Position numbers and translations under genes: made by a program
The notes under the pieces: model-generated
The model's input: only the letters and a program-made list of their open reading frames with translations
Told to the model about the DNA's origin: nothing
Database searches by the model: none
Shown here: piece after piece, positions 50,381-62,265 of the stretch
Layout of the letters: every line of letters begins with the position of its first letter
Numbering within the stretch: the first letter of the stretch is position 1
Assembly (NCBI GenBank): GCA_951804945.1
Contig: OX638154.1
Coordinates: forward strand, 9,610,001 to 9,674,000
DNA: 64,000 nucleotides
DNA from: Podarcis cretensis
Lineage: Eukaryota
Reading direction: 5' to 3'

Positions 50381-50661
50381 ACTCACAAAACTGATACTGT
50401 ACTAGGAAAGCCTCACCTGGGGGATGGCTGGCATTTGTAAACCTATTATTGAAAGAGGGTGTGTGAAATGTACCCCCCCCCCCATGACCATTGTACTTGT
50501 ACATTAACAATAACTGAAATTTGGTACACACATGAGCTGTATGCAGAGCTCCAAGTTTAGGCTGAATTTATGTTGAAGGGAATGGGATTACACCACTCAT
50601 CCTGTCCCTTGAATGTACATGTTCAGTGCAGAAGCTAAAGCGGTGTCCTTCCTGTATTACC

Positions 50662-50662
<1 letters not shown>

Positions 50663-50703
<41 letters not shown>
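50663..50703. repeat. (GT)20 microsatellite
   Basis: Direct reading. Confidence 0.95.
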
Positions 50704-50706
<3 letters not shown>

Positions 50707-51209
50707 ATGGGGAGTTTACTTTGGTGAGTCAAATCTTGGCACACAAAAATCTAGATTCCAGTATTCCAGCACAGCGTAAGACAAACCCTATGGAATATTG
50801 CTCTGAATATCTCAGCACATGGTTAAATTGGGCTGGGAAGTGGAGGAGGTGCACCACTGCCTGCCAATAATAATGACAGTTTTTAGAGCAAAGTTGGGAC
50901 ACATTGGCATATGATATGGATCTTTGATTACAGAATGCAAGCTAAAAGAATTCAGTGGTTTCAAGAGACCTTAAAGTCTGCTCAGAACTGCCGCAGTGAT
51001 AAAGGAGGCTAAATACTTCAAACGATTCGTCCTGTATTTTTACTCCAAATCTGAGCACCCTCATTTATGTAGCCAGAACAACAGCTGTGCAAAGAGGCAG
51101 AGTATGTAGAATGCTGATAGGGTGTTGAGAGGGGGAAATTGAAAATAAGTGGGAGGGGAAAGGAGATGGGAGTAGCTGGAAAAAAACGGCATGGTCAAAT
51201 ACCATAGGT

Positions 51210-51505
51210 CAGGGGTTAGCAAACTTTTTCAGCAGGGGGCCGGTCCACTGTCCCTCAGACCTTGTGGGGAGCCAGATTATATTTTGAAAAAAAATAAATG
51301 AACGAATTCCTAGGCCCCACAAATATCCCAGAGATGCATTTTAAATAAAAGCACACATTCTACTCATGTAAAAACACTAGGCAGGCCCCACAAATAACCC
51401 AGAGGCGCATTTTAAATAAAAGGACACATTCTACTCTTGATTCCCAGACCGCAGGCTGGATTGAGAAGGTGATCCCCCCCCCGGGCCTTAGTTTGCCTAC
51501 CCATG
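51210..51505. mobile_element. hAT-Charlie-type non-autonomous element
   Basis: CAGGGGTTAGCAAACT...AGTTTGCCTACCCATG; perfect 8-bp TSD ccataggt (51202-51209, 51506-51513); internal duplication of about 55 bp. Confidence 0.85.
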
Positions 51506-51764
51506 CCATAGGTACCAACTCCCTGGGTGCCTGAGCACTCACAAATTTTGGTGCCAGGGCCATGCACCCCGCATGGCACCCATGGTCGCGGGGCCAAGCT
51601 GCCACTCCTGTAAGATACATATGTTCTTCTGTGACAGATTTCAAACATTTTGTTTTCTTGCATAAAAGAGCGATGAAAGACAGCTGACTTACAGGAATTG
51701 GCTACCTCTTATTTGGTAGAAGGGGAATGTAGGATTAAAACAGGCAGCAGGGCTGTTTCACATA

Positions 51765-52042
51765 CAGTAGTACCTCGGGTTACATACGCTTCAGGTTACA
51801 GACTCCGCTAACCCAGAAATAGTACCTCAGGTTAAGTACTTAAATCGTTCCGGAGGTCTGTACTTAACCTGAAACTGTTCTTAACCTGAAGCACCACTTT
51901 AGCTAATGGGGCCTCCTGCTGCCGCCATGCCGTCAGAGCATGATTTCTCTTTTCATCCTGAAGCAAAGTTCTTAACCTGAGGTACTATTTCTGGGTTAGC
52001 AGAGTCTGTAGCCTGAAGCATATGTAACCCAAGGTACCACTG
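51765..52042. mobile_element. TcMar (Tigger-like) MITE with extended TIRs
   Basis: TA-CAGTAGTACCTCGGGTTACATACGCTTCAGG...CCAAGGTACCACTG-TA; both ends carry the same roughly 70-bp arm in inverted orientation. Confidence 0.85.
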
Positions 52043-52979
52043 TACATTTATCACTCAGTAAAGCACTGGGCGGCAAATTTCCTGCCCTGTCCGGTAGCCA
52101 TCACAGTCTGAATGCATCAGGACACTAGCAGCTGAAATTATCGCAAATACATTTTAATAGTGGCAATTCACCTGCAAATTGTCAGGTATTAGGTCTTGCG
52201 ATACTGCAGCAAGCTAGAACTTACCTTTCCACCCAGCCATCGCTATAGCAAACTTTGGTGGGAAAGTATGGATAGGACCAAATGGTGACTCACCAAGAAA
52301 CAGCGGAGCTATCCATGTACTTGCAGAAGCCGCAAAAATCCATAAAATAAAAAAATCTTCAAAACAGCCCAGTGAGCTAGCCAGCAAAAGAATTTGATGC
52401 AGCTGACAGCATTATGTCAGCAATATATTCTATAATGCATGGAAGTCCTGAGAGGAAATTGTTCTTTTATTTTTGCAACGACTGTAAAGTTAGGCTAGGA
52501 AAACCTAAGAGGAAAGGTGATTTCTTTTGGAGATAGGTACTTAAGAGAAAAGAATTTAGCTTAAGGAACATTTCCCCATTGTGGAACAGTTGCCTCTTCC
52601 AGAAGTTTAACATTTAAAAGTAACAATTATGTAAATATAAATGGTAATGCATATATTTATTTAGAAGCATTTATGCTGTATACCGCTTAATATTTCAAAA
52701 CTCTCTTAATGAGTTTGAAGTGTTCTTGGCTTTTATCCTAGAGATTCAGGGCCAGCCCAAACTAGCAAAACGAAACGATTTTTTTTTTTAATACTCAAAG
52801 CAATTAAGCAAAACAAAAGTCATATTTAAATGTGTTATGGTTCAGAGGAGGGTGCAATATGTGATTCCAAAAAAAAAGTGTATGTGTAGCCGGACTTTTG
52901 CAAATTAGGGTTTACAATCCCGGGAGTTTAATCCTATTTTCTGAACAGATGTGCAAATAATTGTGCAGAAGGAAGCGAA

Positions 52980-54310
52980 ACCTGCCTTTGCAATTGGACG
53001 CAACGGCATTCATGGGTTGTTGTTGTTTTTTAATTTTTCAGTGTATTGTACATCCTTCTCGGAAACGCGGAGGATAATTTATGATTTGATGTGATTTCTA
53101 TACCGCTTTATGCGGTATTTATTTTATTTTTTAAAAATATTTTGTGTTGCCCAATGTGGAGCGGGATGCTCTGGATCCAAGGGGATCTTGTCCTTGGAAG
53201 AGATGCTGCTGCTGCTGCGCCCAGCATCTCCCCAAGGAGCCCCTTTACCTAGGAGCAAGCCCCGCAGGATTCAGCGGCGTTTACTTCCGAGTAGGCATGG
53301 ATTGAGCCCCTCATGCTTAAGTGACAGGCCCGCCGAAGCTGACGGGGCAAGAAGCTTCGGCTCCCGAACGCCGCATGTCCCTTGGCTTCCAACGGGCCTA
53401 CTCGAGAGGAGCAGCAGGACTCGAGTCTGGCCTCCCAAGCCCCACAAATAACGAAATAACCGCGACTGGCAGCCTCCACACATAGCGTTACCGGGGAGTA
53501 AGTACCTCGCAACCGCTTAAGGAAACGAAACACTGAGGGAATGAGGCGAATGCCGCCTCCCTAGTCATTCTTCGCAGGTGAAGAGGAACCTGCGGCCCGT
53601 GAGGCGCCATATTGTGTGTGGAAGCTTTATAACGGCGGCGGCGGGAGTAAGTTTTGTTGAGGGGTTTAACGCCCCCCCCCCCCAAAAAAAAACACCCGTC
53701 CATTACATGCAAGTTTATGACGGGGGAATTCGCTTCCTATGGCAGGGAATAACGTGGAGGGATTTTTTTTGTTTTGTTGTTTGGGGGTGTGTGTATGGAG
53801 AGCAGAGACCGTGAGGTGGAAGACATGGCGGACGACAGTTGAACACCCTCTCCCCAAAGGCTGAGGGAGCTGGCGCGGCCGTTGCTCCCTCGGCCTCCAA
53901 CGAGGCGCGGGCGGGGCTTCCCAACGCCCCTCCCCTCCGCGGTTTAGGCCGTTGGAGGGGTAGTTTGGGGAGGCGGGGCTTCGGCCCCCCTCGGGGAGCC
54001 CAGAGGCCGTTTGGAGGCGGCGCGAGGGCTGAGAGGCGGGTGGTGGGCGGGGCCGCCCTCCCGTCGGTTGCTAAGGGGGTGCTTGGTTACCTGGTTTGGG
54101 CCTGCCCTCAGAGGTGGGCAGGTAGGGGGGCTGACGCCATTGGTTACCTGTCTGTGGCTGGCCAGGTTTCCTCCCCAATTCGCATCCCGCCCCCCCCGCC
54201 CAGAAAGGAGCTTTGATTGCATGCTTCACCTGCCACTGGAGAAGAGGGGGGGTCTCATTCAGAAGGGGCTCAGTCCCACTTTCCCCTTGAAAAGTTTGAT
54301 TGCCAGGGGC
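52980..54310 (+). promoter_or_regulatory. TCFL5: CpG island / TCFL5 promoter
   Basis: The only long non-repeat CpG-rich stretch in the window. GC boxes (GGGCGGGG), YY1-type CGCCATATT at 53605-53613 and ACATGGCGG at 53823-53831, and multiple YAACNG sites; lies 0.5-1.8 kb upstream of the first coding exon. Confidence 0.85.
53578..53646 (+). other. TCFL5: Candidate TCFL5 5' UTR exon
   Basis: Acceptor cctccctagtcattcttcgcag| and donor GGA|gtaagt. An upstream donor GGA|gtaagt at 53498 defines an 80-nt intron. Confidence 0.55.
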
Positions 54311-54847
54311 TGAAGACACCCTCTAATTGTTTTTAAAAATATTTTATTATGCATTTTTAAAGGGTGGTGTGCAATTATCTTGTGCTTTCACTTTTTGGCA
54401 CTGGGTTTTGCAGTACCCTGTGCTCCTTTTAAAAAAAGACTAGGATCCCATTTCCCTCCCCCAAACCCATCCACACACACACACACACATCCCAAGGGAG
54501 GATTGGATATTTCATTTGGCAGCTTTTAACTTCAGGCACTTTTTGGAGAATGTAATGTTTCAATTTTTAAAAAAACATTGAGCCACTCATATGCTTTGGA
54601 TGCCATCGATGTTTTTTAGCTGGTGATAGTGCTGTCAAGAATTGGAAAAGTTAATGTCCCGAGGAAGTAATGGAAGCATAAGGCAATGCAACAACTGTTT
54701 TGTGCAGGCTAATCAGCACATCTTTAAAAGCACTAGCTCCTGATTGCACCTATTATTTGCAAAGTTTTGCTGCACCAAGCTGGTGGTGTTTACTCCCTGT
54801 ACATTCAGCTTTCTGAAGACTTTGAGACATTGGTATTCGCCAGTATC

Positions 54848-55578
54848 ATGTCAGACTCAACCTCCAAGGTGTCGGAAACTTCCAACCCTCGGGCTGTGGT
54901 TACAGATCCAGCTTCTACTGCTTCTGCTGCTGAAGGCCCAGCAGATTCCTCTTTTGGTGAGCAAAACCTGAGCTTCACCACCACGGATCTCAGCCTGGTG
55001 GAAATGACAGAAATAGAATACACACAACTTCAGCACATACTCTATTCCCATATGGAGGCACAAGCAAATGAAAATGAAGCAGAAAATAGGCTGAATTCAA
55101 GTTCCTTCTCCACTAACAATCCTGCAAATCAATCACAATACCTCTCATCATCTAGTAACAGTCTAAGTGGCTTTTCATCAAACAGTTCTGGAAACCAGTC
55201 GCTTTATCCCATTATCTGTCAGTCTGGTTTAGCCTCTGACAGCAATTTCATGGGTCCTAATCAGTGTCTAGGGCACATTGACTTCCAGGAGCTAAGAATG
55301 ATGTTGCTCAGTGAGTCTAGCATCGCTCCAAACCAAGCTGAAAAAACTCCTAATAGTAGCTCTGTGGAGATGACTGGGCAGAGTTCAGTTAAAGCCAAAC
55401 ATAGTGAAAACTTGGGCGGGCTAAATAAAGAAAATTTGCCTGTGGAAAATTCAGCACCAATTCTTGAATCCAGAGCCAAATCTGCAGTCCGTGTTCGATT
55501 GGAAGACAGATTCAACAGTATCCAGGCTGAACTTCCCAGATGTCAAGAAACCCAGGAAACTGGAGTAGCCATTAACAA
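54848..55578 (+). CDS. TCFL5: TCFL5 first coding exon (exon acceptor at 54809)
   Basis: MSDS...GEQNLSFTTTDLSLVEMTEIEYTQLQHILYSHMEA...CLGHIDFQELRMMLLSE...AVRVRLEDRFNSI. Donor AA|gtgtgt is phase-compatible with the next exon. Confidence 0.92.
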
Positions 55579-56683
55579 GTGTGTTACATTTTTATTTCCT
55601 TTAATCTCAGCTTAATCATGTATATTAACTTTGGCCTCTGTCAATCGAACATTAGAAATACTAGGGTGCATACCCAAGATGCTTTGCATTTATTAATAAG
55701 GAATAATTCCAATCTGTAAGTTCTGATTTCTATCAATTAAAATTGTGTGGATTCACTGTTTGATACATATATACAAAGGGGTGGATAGGCAAGAGTAATT
55801 GGTAGAAAGTGATTTTAGACCTGTCTCCAATATTCCTTAACTATATCATGTGTGCGTCCTAGATCTTACCTGGTGTTAGAAAAACTAGCATTTAAACTGA
55901 GCCACACTATAGCGTATATGTAAGCTTTCGGGGTGTTCCTCAAGTTCTTTGGATCTACATGATTTTTTTATCTCCTGCACTTTCAGTTTTGCTGCTATAC
56001 GAAGACCACTAGAGTGCAAGCTGTGGCAAAATGCCAATTACTTTTACTTTTGAAGAAGCTCTAGCTCTGGATCTCCTGTATCAAGTGGGGGATTATACCA
56101 GAGTAGGAGGGTCATGTGTACTGAGTGAAGTCTTCTGTTTGAAGGGCTTCTGGTTCAAATGTGTTTAATTATAAATAAGCATTAGAAAGGAAAGCAGAGG
56201 TCTTGAAGTTCTGCATCAGTAGCAACTGGAAACAGACTAAGCAGGCACACAAGACACCTAGTCACTGTTTTGTGAGATTTTCATATAAAGATTGCTTTTG
56301 TATTTAAATTGTGGTAATTATTTCTAAATTTGCATTTTTGCATATAAATTAAAACATGCAGCTTATGGGCAAATCTGTTCTCCTCTATTGTGGTGGTGTA
56401 TTTCATCCTTTTGGCAATTCATAAGTTGCCACTCTAGACCAGGTGGTCTACAAGGCCCCCTCCAATTCTTTGATTCTGTATCAATTCTATATCAAACTGT
56501 AGATTTGAAGATTTCAGTGTCATTACATTATCCACCTGTGGATGGATCCATCAGCATACTCGCACTCTAAAAACTGCAGGGTGCGACTTTTCCAGCAACT
56601 TGCTTCTTTTATTTATTTGTGGCTGGCATCATTTGATGAACATGGTTAAAGCCAAGCCTTGGCTGGTGGATTTATACTGCACT

Positions 56684-57026
56684 TGGCGCTGTGGGTTAAA
56701 GCCTCAGCGCCTAGGACTTGCCGATCGAAAGGTCGGCGGTTCGAATCCCTGCGGCGGGGTGCGCTCCCGCTGCTCGGTCCCAGCGCCTGCCAACCTAGCA
56801 GTTCGAAAGCACCTCCAGGTGCAAGTAGATAAATAGGGACCGCTTACTGGCGGGAAGGTAAACGGCGTTTCCGTGTGCGGCTCTGGCTCGCCAGAGCAGC
56901 GATGTCACGCTGGCCACGTGACCCGGAAGTGTCTCCGGACAGCGCTGGCCCCTGGCCTCTTAAGTGAGATGGGCGCACAAACCCAGAGTCTGTCAAGACT
57001 GGCCCGTACGGGCAGGGGGTACCTTT
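56684..57026 (+). mobile_element. Sauria SINE (slightly 5'-truncated)
   Basis: TGGCGCTGTGGGTTAAA...GGTTCGAATCC...GGGGTACCTTT; near-identical reverse complement of 2999-3365. Confidence 0.9.
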
Positions 57027-58419
57027 CTTTTTACAATAACCCTAAAATTCTGAGTGCCCATGAAGTAAGCCCATAATGCTGAGCTTATAGTTGCAATCCT
57101 ACCAGTGATTGCTACCATATATCACAGCATTGCAAGTCAGTACCAAACAACCAACCCAGACTTCCTGTCCATGTACCCAAGGGCCACTCCACACCATGTG
57201 CCAGCAAAGCTTGGTTTGCTACACAACAGGGAGCTGCAGGCAGTCCAGGTGTATGATGTGTCCTTTCTTTACATATAATAAAAATGCAAACATTTCATCA
57301 CACTGCAGTTCATCTGGCCACAGACAGGTGGTGCTGTGAACTATAGTGTGAAAAAGGTGGTGGATGGGTGGCCCAGGCAAGCTTCAGAGGGACAATCAGA
57401 ACAGGCTATAGCAGTTCCCCAGAAGCTTCCCTGCTCTGCTGGCTCCTCCACTTGCCAGCTGTGGGGTCCTTGCTCCCATGATCCAGAGCCCCAGGCTAGC
57501 TGGTGCCACTCCAACTTGGGGATCTTCTGCTTCTGCTATGGCTGATTAGAAGCATGGTAAGGTCTGCTAGTCTGCTGCTGTTGCCACCAATTAAAATGAA
57601 GAGTTGGCCTGGATAAAGCAGCAGCAGATCTTCAGCCTGACCTGCTGCTACTTCTGGCCTCCTTCCATTGCCTGCCAGGCCAACTCATCATCCCACCTGG
57701 CTAAGCCAGCAGCATGAGGCGGAAAGGGGAAGATCTTAGGAGAGCTCTTTGCTCTAGGACGGGCACATGGTTTCCATCCAGTGGAAACTGCTTCTCCCAG
57801 CGTTGCTCCTGGAAGCTGCCCCTCACAGATGCTTTCCACCTTTGACATAGGAGATGGAATGCAGCTGTGCTTGGAGGCTATGAAAGCCCTTTGCAATCCT
57901 ACCTTCTTTCCCTGTTGTACCTCTAACATCATGGGTGCAGAGGAGAAGGGGAGAGGATTACAAAGGGCTTTGCACATCAGAGGTGCAAAGAAGTGTGTGG
58001 GTGGCTCATAAAGTCTTTTCCCATCCTCCCCTTTTCATCCTCCAAGGTTGCAGCTTGAACAGAGGAATGCAGAGAATGAAGAATGCTGCCGCTGCTGCTG
58101 TAAAAAGCAAGAGAGAATCCTGCTGTTTAGAATACAGGCTTTTTTCTGTCTTTGCTCATCTCCAACTCCCATTAGCCCCAGCCAGCATGACCAGTGGTCA
58201 GGGATGATGGGATTTGTAGTCCATGTACATCAGAAAGGCTGTAGGTTCCCCATGCCTGAATCATTAGTTTATATATTAAAATATATGTTTGAGATGGGTT
58301 ATATTAGAATTCTGAACCTATACTGGGTTGTCTACTGATGTGGAAGATTATGCAGCAAAATGGCTATTCTAATCCAGTCATTTCAAATAAGTGCCTTTGT
58401 TTATTCACTCCTTTTATAG

Positions 58420-58612
58420 TTTAGTAACTCTAATTCGCCATCCTTCAGAAGTGATGGGTGTTCCTCTCCACCAGCAACAGAATAAATGTACCACATTAGT
58501 GAAAAATAAGACTGCTGCTACTACGACTACTGCATTGCAGTTTACATGCCCACTGTTTAATCCGAATGTTGCTTCTCCTGTAACTGGAAATGCAAACCCT
58601 TCACAAACACAG
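58420..58612 (+). CDS. TCFL5: TCFL5 coding exon 2
   Basis: cttttatag|T TTA GTA. LVTLIRHPSEVMGVPLHQQQNKCTTLVKNKTAATTTTALQFTCPLF...SQTQ. Donor CAG|gttggt. Confidence 0.95.
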
Positions 58613-59844
58613 GTTGGTATTTTTGAATTATTATTATTATTTAAATTGCAGCCATTTGGTTTCAAAGCTTTATATTAGTCATAGTAAAACTTCTGAAGAG
58701 AATGCAGTAAACAAGAGAATTGTCAATCTGAGTTTTGAATTGTCAAGTTATCTGACACTTGTTTCATGTTATTTGCTGAAATAAATTAATTAGCATTGGC
58801 CAGGATATGAAGAACCATTAGTCCAAGTGGACTTTAGATTTGTTTTTCTTGAGCAGAAAAAAATGGCTTCTTATCTGTTCTCGAATTCATTTCAACTTTT
58901 CTGTCTTCATTCTTTAGCTTCTACTGTAAAGTTCTTTCAGTTCCTTCTTATAATCGTGACACTTATCTTGAGTTGTAATCTTATTTTTTTATAACTCCCA
59001 TTGCTCTTTTTCACTTTGATTAGTCAGTATTTGGAACAACCCTCTCTTCCCAAAATTGGAAATTTGCATCTTACATAAACCTTTCTAGACTGAAAACTAT
59101 TCAGATGAACTATTTCTTTGCCGGTTTTTTAAAACCCATACCTTACTATAATACTTTGTGAAGTTGGCAGTGGTAATAGCCTAAGAATCATAAATGGTAT
59201 TTATATTAGGATGAGAGACAGAGCTAAAGTCTACATGCCAGGTTGTATTAGCAATGAGATACAAATTGCAAAGCACTTTATTCATTGAACAGGGCTTTAT
59301 AAATTTCAAAAATTATTGCAATGCCTAGCCTAGAGCTAATATAACAAAAATATGAGCATCATCCAATATCTAGAGCTACATTATAACTATAAGGAATGTG
59401 ATCCAGGGTCTGATCAGCACAAGGTTTACTTCTAGTGCAATGGAATTTCCCCCCTCACCCTATGAGCCCCTAAATCTGTTTTAGGGGTTCCCACAACCTT
59501 CCAGAGCAGTTTTAGAGAAGGCATGGGGTGTGCTTGGGAGAGGAGAGGGAAGATTGTCACCTTGCACAGAGAGGACAAAGTAGTAGAATTCTGCCCCCAG
59601 TAAATGAGAGGGCCAATTGTAGTTAAAATTAACAACTTCATGACTAAAAGGGCAATCCTAACCATGCCTACTCAGAAGTAAGATCTATTTAATTCAGTGG
59701 TGCTTACTCCCAGGTAAGTGGGTTAGAATTTCATTAAAATTAACCATTTCATTACAATTAACCATTCCATGACTAGCAGCAAATCCAAACTCAAGATTGG
59801 AATAGGCAGTTCTTGGGCTGCACTAGATGAGACTTTTCTGAGTA

Positions 59845-60067
59845 CAGTGGTACCTCGGGTTACAGACGCTTCAGGTTACAGACTCCGCTAACCCAGAAAT
59901 AGTACCTCGGGTTAAGAACTTTGCTTCAGGATGAGAACAGAAATCGTGCAGCGGCGGCGCGGCAGCAGGAGGCCCCATTAGCTAAAGTGGTGCTTCAGGT
60001 TAATAACAGTTTCAGGTTAAGAATGAACCTCCAGAACGAATTAAGTTCTTAATTCAAGGTACCACTG
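59845..60067. mobile_element. TcMar (Tigger-like) MITE
   Basis: TA-CAGTGGTACCTCGGG...AAGGTACCACTG-TA; reverse orientation of 2498-2713. Confidence 0.85.
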
Positions 60068-60225
60068 TATGTGGAGTCATTGGATGGTGGAAGGAGAAGC
60101 TTAGCAGGAGCAGCACCAATGCAACTTTAGGACTACAATGCCTGTATTGTTCAATAAAAGGGGAGGATGGCCAACATGATTTACAGTTGGCTTCATTTAA
60201 TACTGATACATACATTTTCTTTTAG

Positions 60226-60382
60226 AGCTCTGGAGCCTCTGTTCTGGAAACAGCCAAACATCAAGATCTTGGGTTACCTCGAGCTTTTTCTATTTGTTAC
60301 CAGCAGGAAATTGAGGCTACAAAACAGACCGTTGGGCCTAGAAATAAAACGCTGCCTGAACATGTTTGGATTAAATTAGGAG
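60226..60382 (+). CDS. TCFL5: TCFL5 coding exon 3
   Basis: ttcttttag|AGC TCT. SSGASVLETAKHQDLGLPRAFSICYQQEIEATKQTVGPRNKTLPEHVWIKLG. Donor G|gtaaac. Confidence 0.95.
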
Positions 60383-60406
60383 GTAAACTGCTGAATTTTG
60401 ACTAAG

Positions 60407-60460
60407 TTTGTTGTCAAGTAATTCATTCTGATTTGTTGTTCAAGTAATTCATTCTGATTT
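60407..60460. repeat. Tandem duplication of about 26 bp
   Basis: tttgttgt(t)caagtaattcattctga occurs twice. Confidence 0.85.
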
Positions 60461-61341
60461 CTTAAGTTAGCTTTTTTTCAGAGAAGAGTAATCAAAGTAT
60501 CATGCTTCTGTTTGATAATATGCTTAATAAAAATGCATTCGCCAAGCATTTAAGGCTGCTTAGCTGTCGTGGAAGCTAGGAGGAAGCCCATGTGACAATT
60601 ATCTTTTGCATGGGGTGGTTTTGAGGTTGGGCGAAATGGGGTTTTTAGTGCTATGCGTGCCCTTGGATGAAGTAACAGAACTGGAGGAAGTAACACAGAG
60701 CTCCAGAGAGAAACTGGCAAACAAATCCTTGGCCAGCCTTTTGCTGCCTTTTCTGAGATCCAGCTGTGATGGGTGCTCCAGGTTCTAGACCTTTGAGGCT
60801 CTGAAGCAGAGAGCCTGGGGCCAACCTATGTATGTACCTTCTCGTGGCACTTGCTGTGCTGCATTATATAGAAACGTTTCCACTGCCATGTTAAGCAAGT
60901 ATAGCCATTAACTTAAGATCTTAGCTTACTAATCATAGGGATTAATTTAAACAGTGGGGTACCTTTTAATTAGCAGGAGGGCTAAGAGATAAAATGCCCA
61001 CTTGTTTATCTTTAAGGTTACTTTGGTTCTAGTGTGGTAGTAAAATAGGGAACAACGACGACAGGCTGCGTTTGTTTATTTAATTGTGCAAGGTCTCTCA
61101 TATTTCCTTCAGTAGCTGTACTGATGTCTTTGCTAAGCTGCATTATTATTTAAGGGTTATTTACATGTAAAAAGCAACTGATTACTGATCCACAACAATT
61201 ATTTTAGTGGTGGACAGCCTTAGAAGCAGTAAACCAAAGGTGAGCTTGATACAAGATGAAATTTCAGTTCAACCATACAATTTACTTATGGCAAAAAAAA
61301 AGAAGAAAAGAAAAATGGCAACACATTTCTTTTTCCTCTAG

Positions 61342-61579
61342 GAGATGCTATATGTAAGCAAACAATAAACAAAAGAAGTCGTAGTCGAATACATCCCTTG
61401 GACACCAGTGTGCAGCGCAAACCTCTTGGTGATATTCAGAATGTGTGTGATACTCAAAATGCTGGCCCAGCTCATAGCACCTGGCAAGCAACACAACCAA
61501 CCCAGAGCACACAAAGTGGAACTCAAGGTGGTGTCTCTCAGCGTCGGGAGAGACATAACCGGATGGAAAGAGACAGAAG
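61342..61579 (+). CDS. TCFL5: TCFL5 coding exon 4 (basic region of bHLH)
   Basis: ttcctctag|GA GAT GCT. DAICKQ...LGDIQNV...SQRRERHNRMERDR(R). Donor AG|gtaatt. Confidence 0.95.
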
Positions 61580-62123
61580 GTAATTGCTAGTGGTGGCCTC
61601 TGAAAAGAACACCTTTTGTGTTTGGTTCTTAAGTTATCAGGTCTATACGAATGAATTTGTTTCAACGTGAATTTGGTGTTGATTTACATGCCACAATGTC
61701 ATATATCTGGATATTTATGACATTGATGTACTGCCTTTCTGCCGGTATACATAGAACATATATTACATAGTGGCTCATACTCCAGATACTGTACAAAAGG
61801 CGTGCATGGAGTATGTTCTTATGTGGATTCAATCACAGTCAACTGTATAAATATTTGCAAAATTTTAATACAAACCTTACAGGCTCGCGTCCCATAACCA
61901 GAAAACTTAGGATTGATTTTAAGAATCCTCATGTCAGTACACTTGTGGTCTTTGATTTAGCATTGCAGGGAGGAATAATGAGCATTTTGTAAGCCTGATG
62001 ACTGATGCTTTGCCACTATCTTCATCAAATAATTGGCTTTTAAGTTGCTTCACCTAATTAATAAATGTTTTATGTTACCATTTCAAACACTACTAGAACT
62101 CTCCATGTTGTATGCAATTCTAG

Positions 62124-62265
62124 GCGCAGAATTAGGATTTGTTGCGATGAACTTAATCTTCTGGTTCCATTTTGCACTTCGGATACTGACAAGGCAACAA
62201 CTTTACAATGGACAACAGCATTTCTAAAATATATTCAGGAACGACATGGGGATTCTCTGAAAAAG
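62124..62265 (+). CDS. TCFL5: TCFL5 coding exon 5 (HLH)
   Basis: ttctag|G CGC AGA. RRIRICCDELNLLVPFCTSDTDKATTLQWTTAFLKYIQERHGDSLKK. Donor AAG|gtcagt. Confidence 0.97.

Noticed and set aside
53110-54319. Multiple overlapping ORFs in the CpG island
   Set aside because: Expected from stop-codon scarcity in GC-rich DNA; no homology.
61339-61344. NAGNAG (TAGGAG) acceptor in TCFL5
   Set aside because: GAG acceptors are rarely used and the effect would be one residue.
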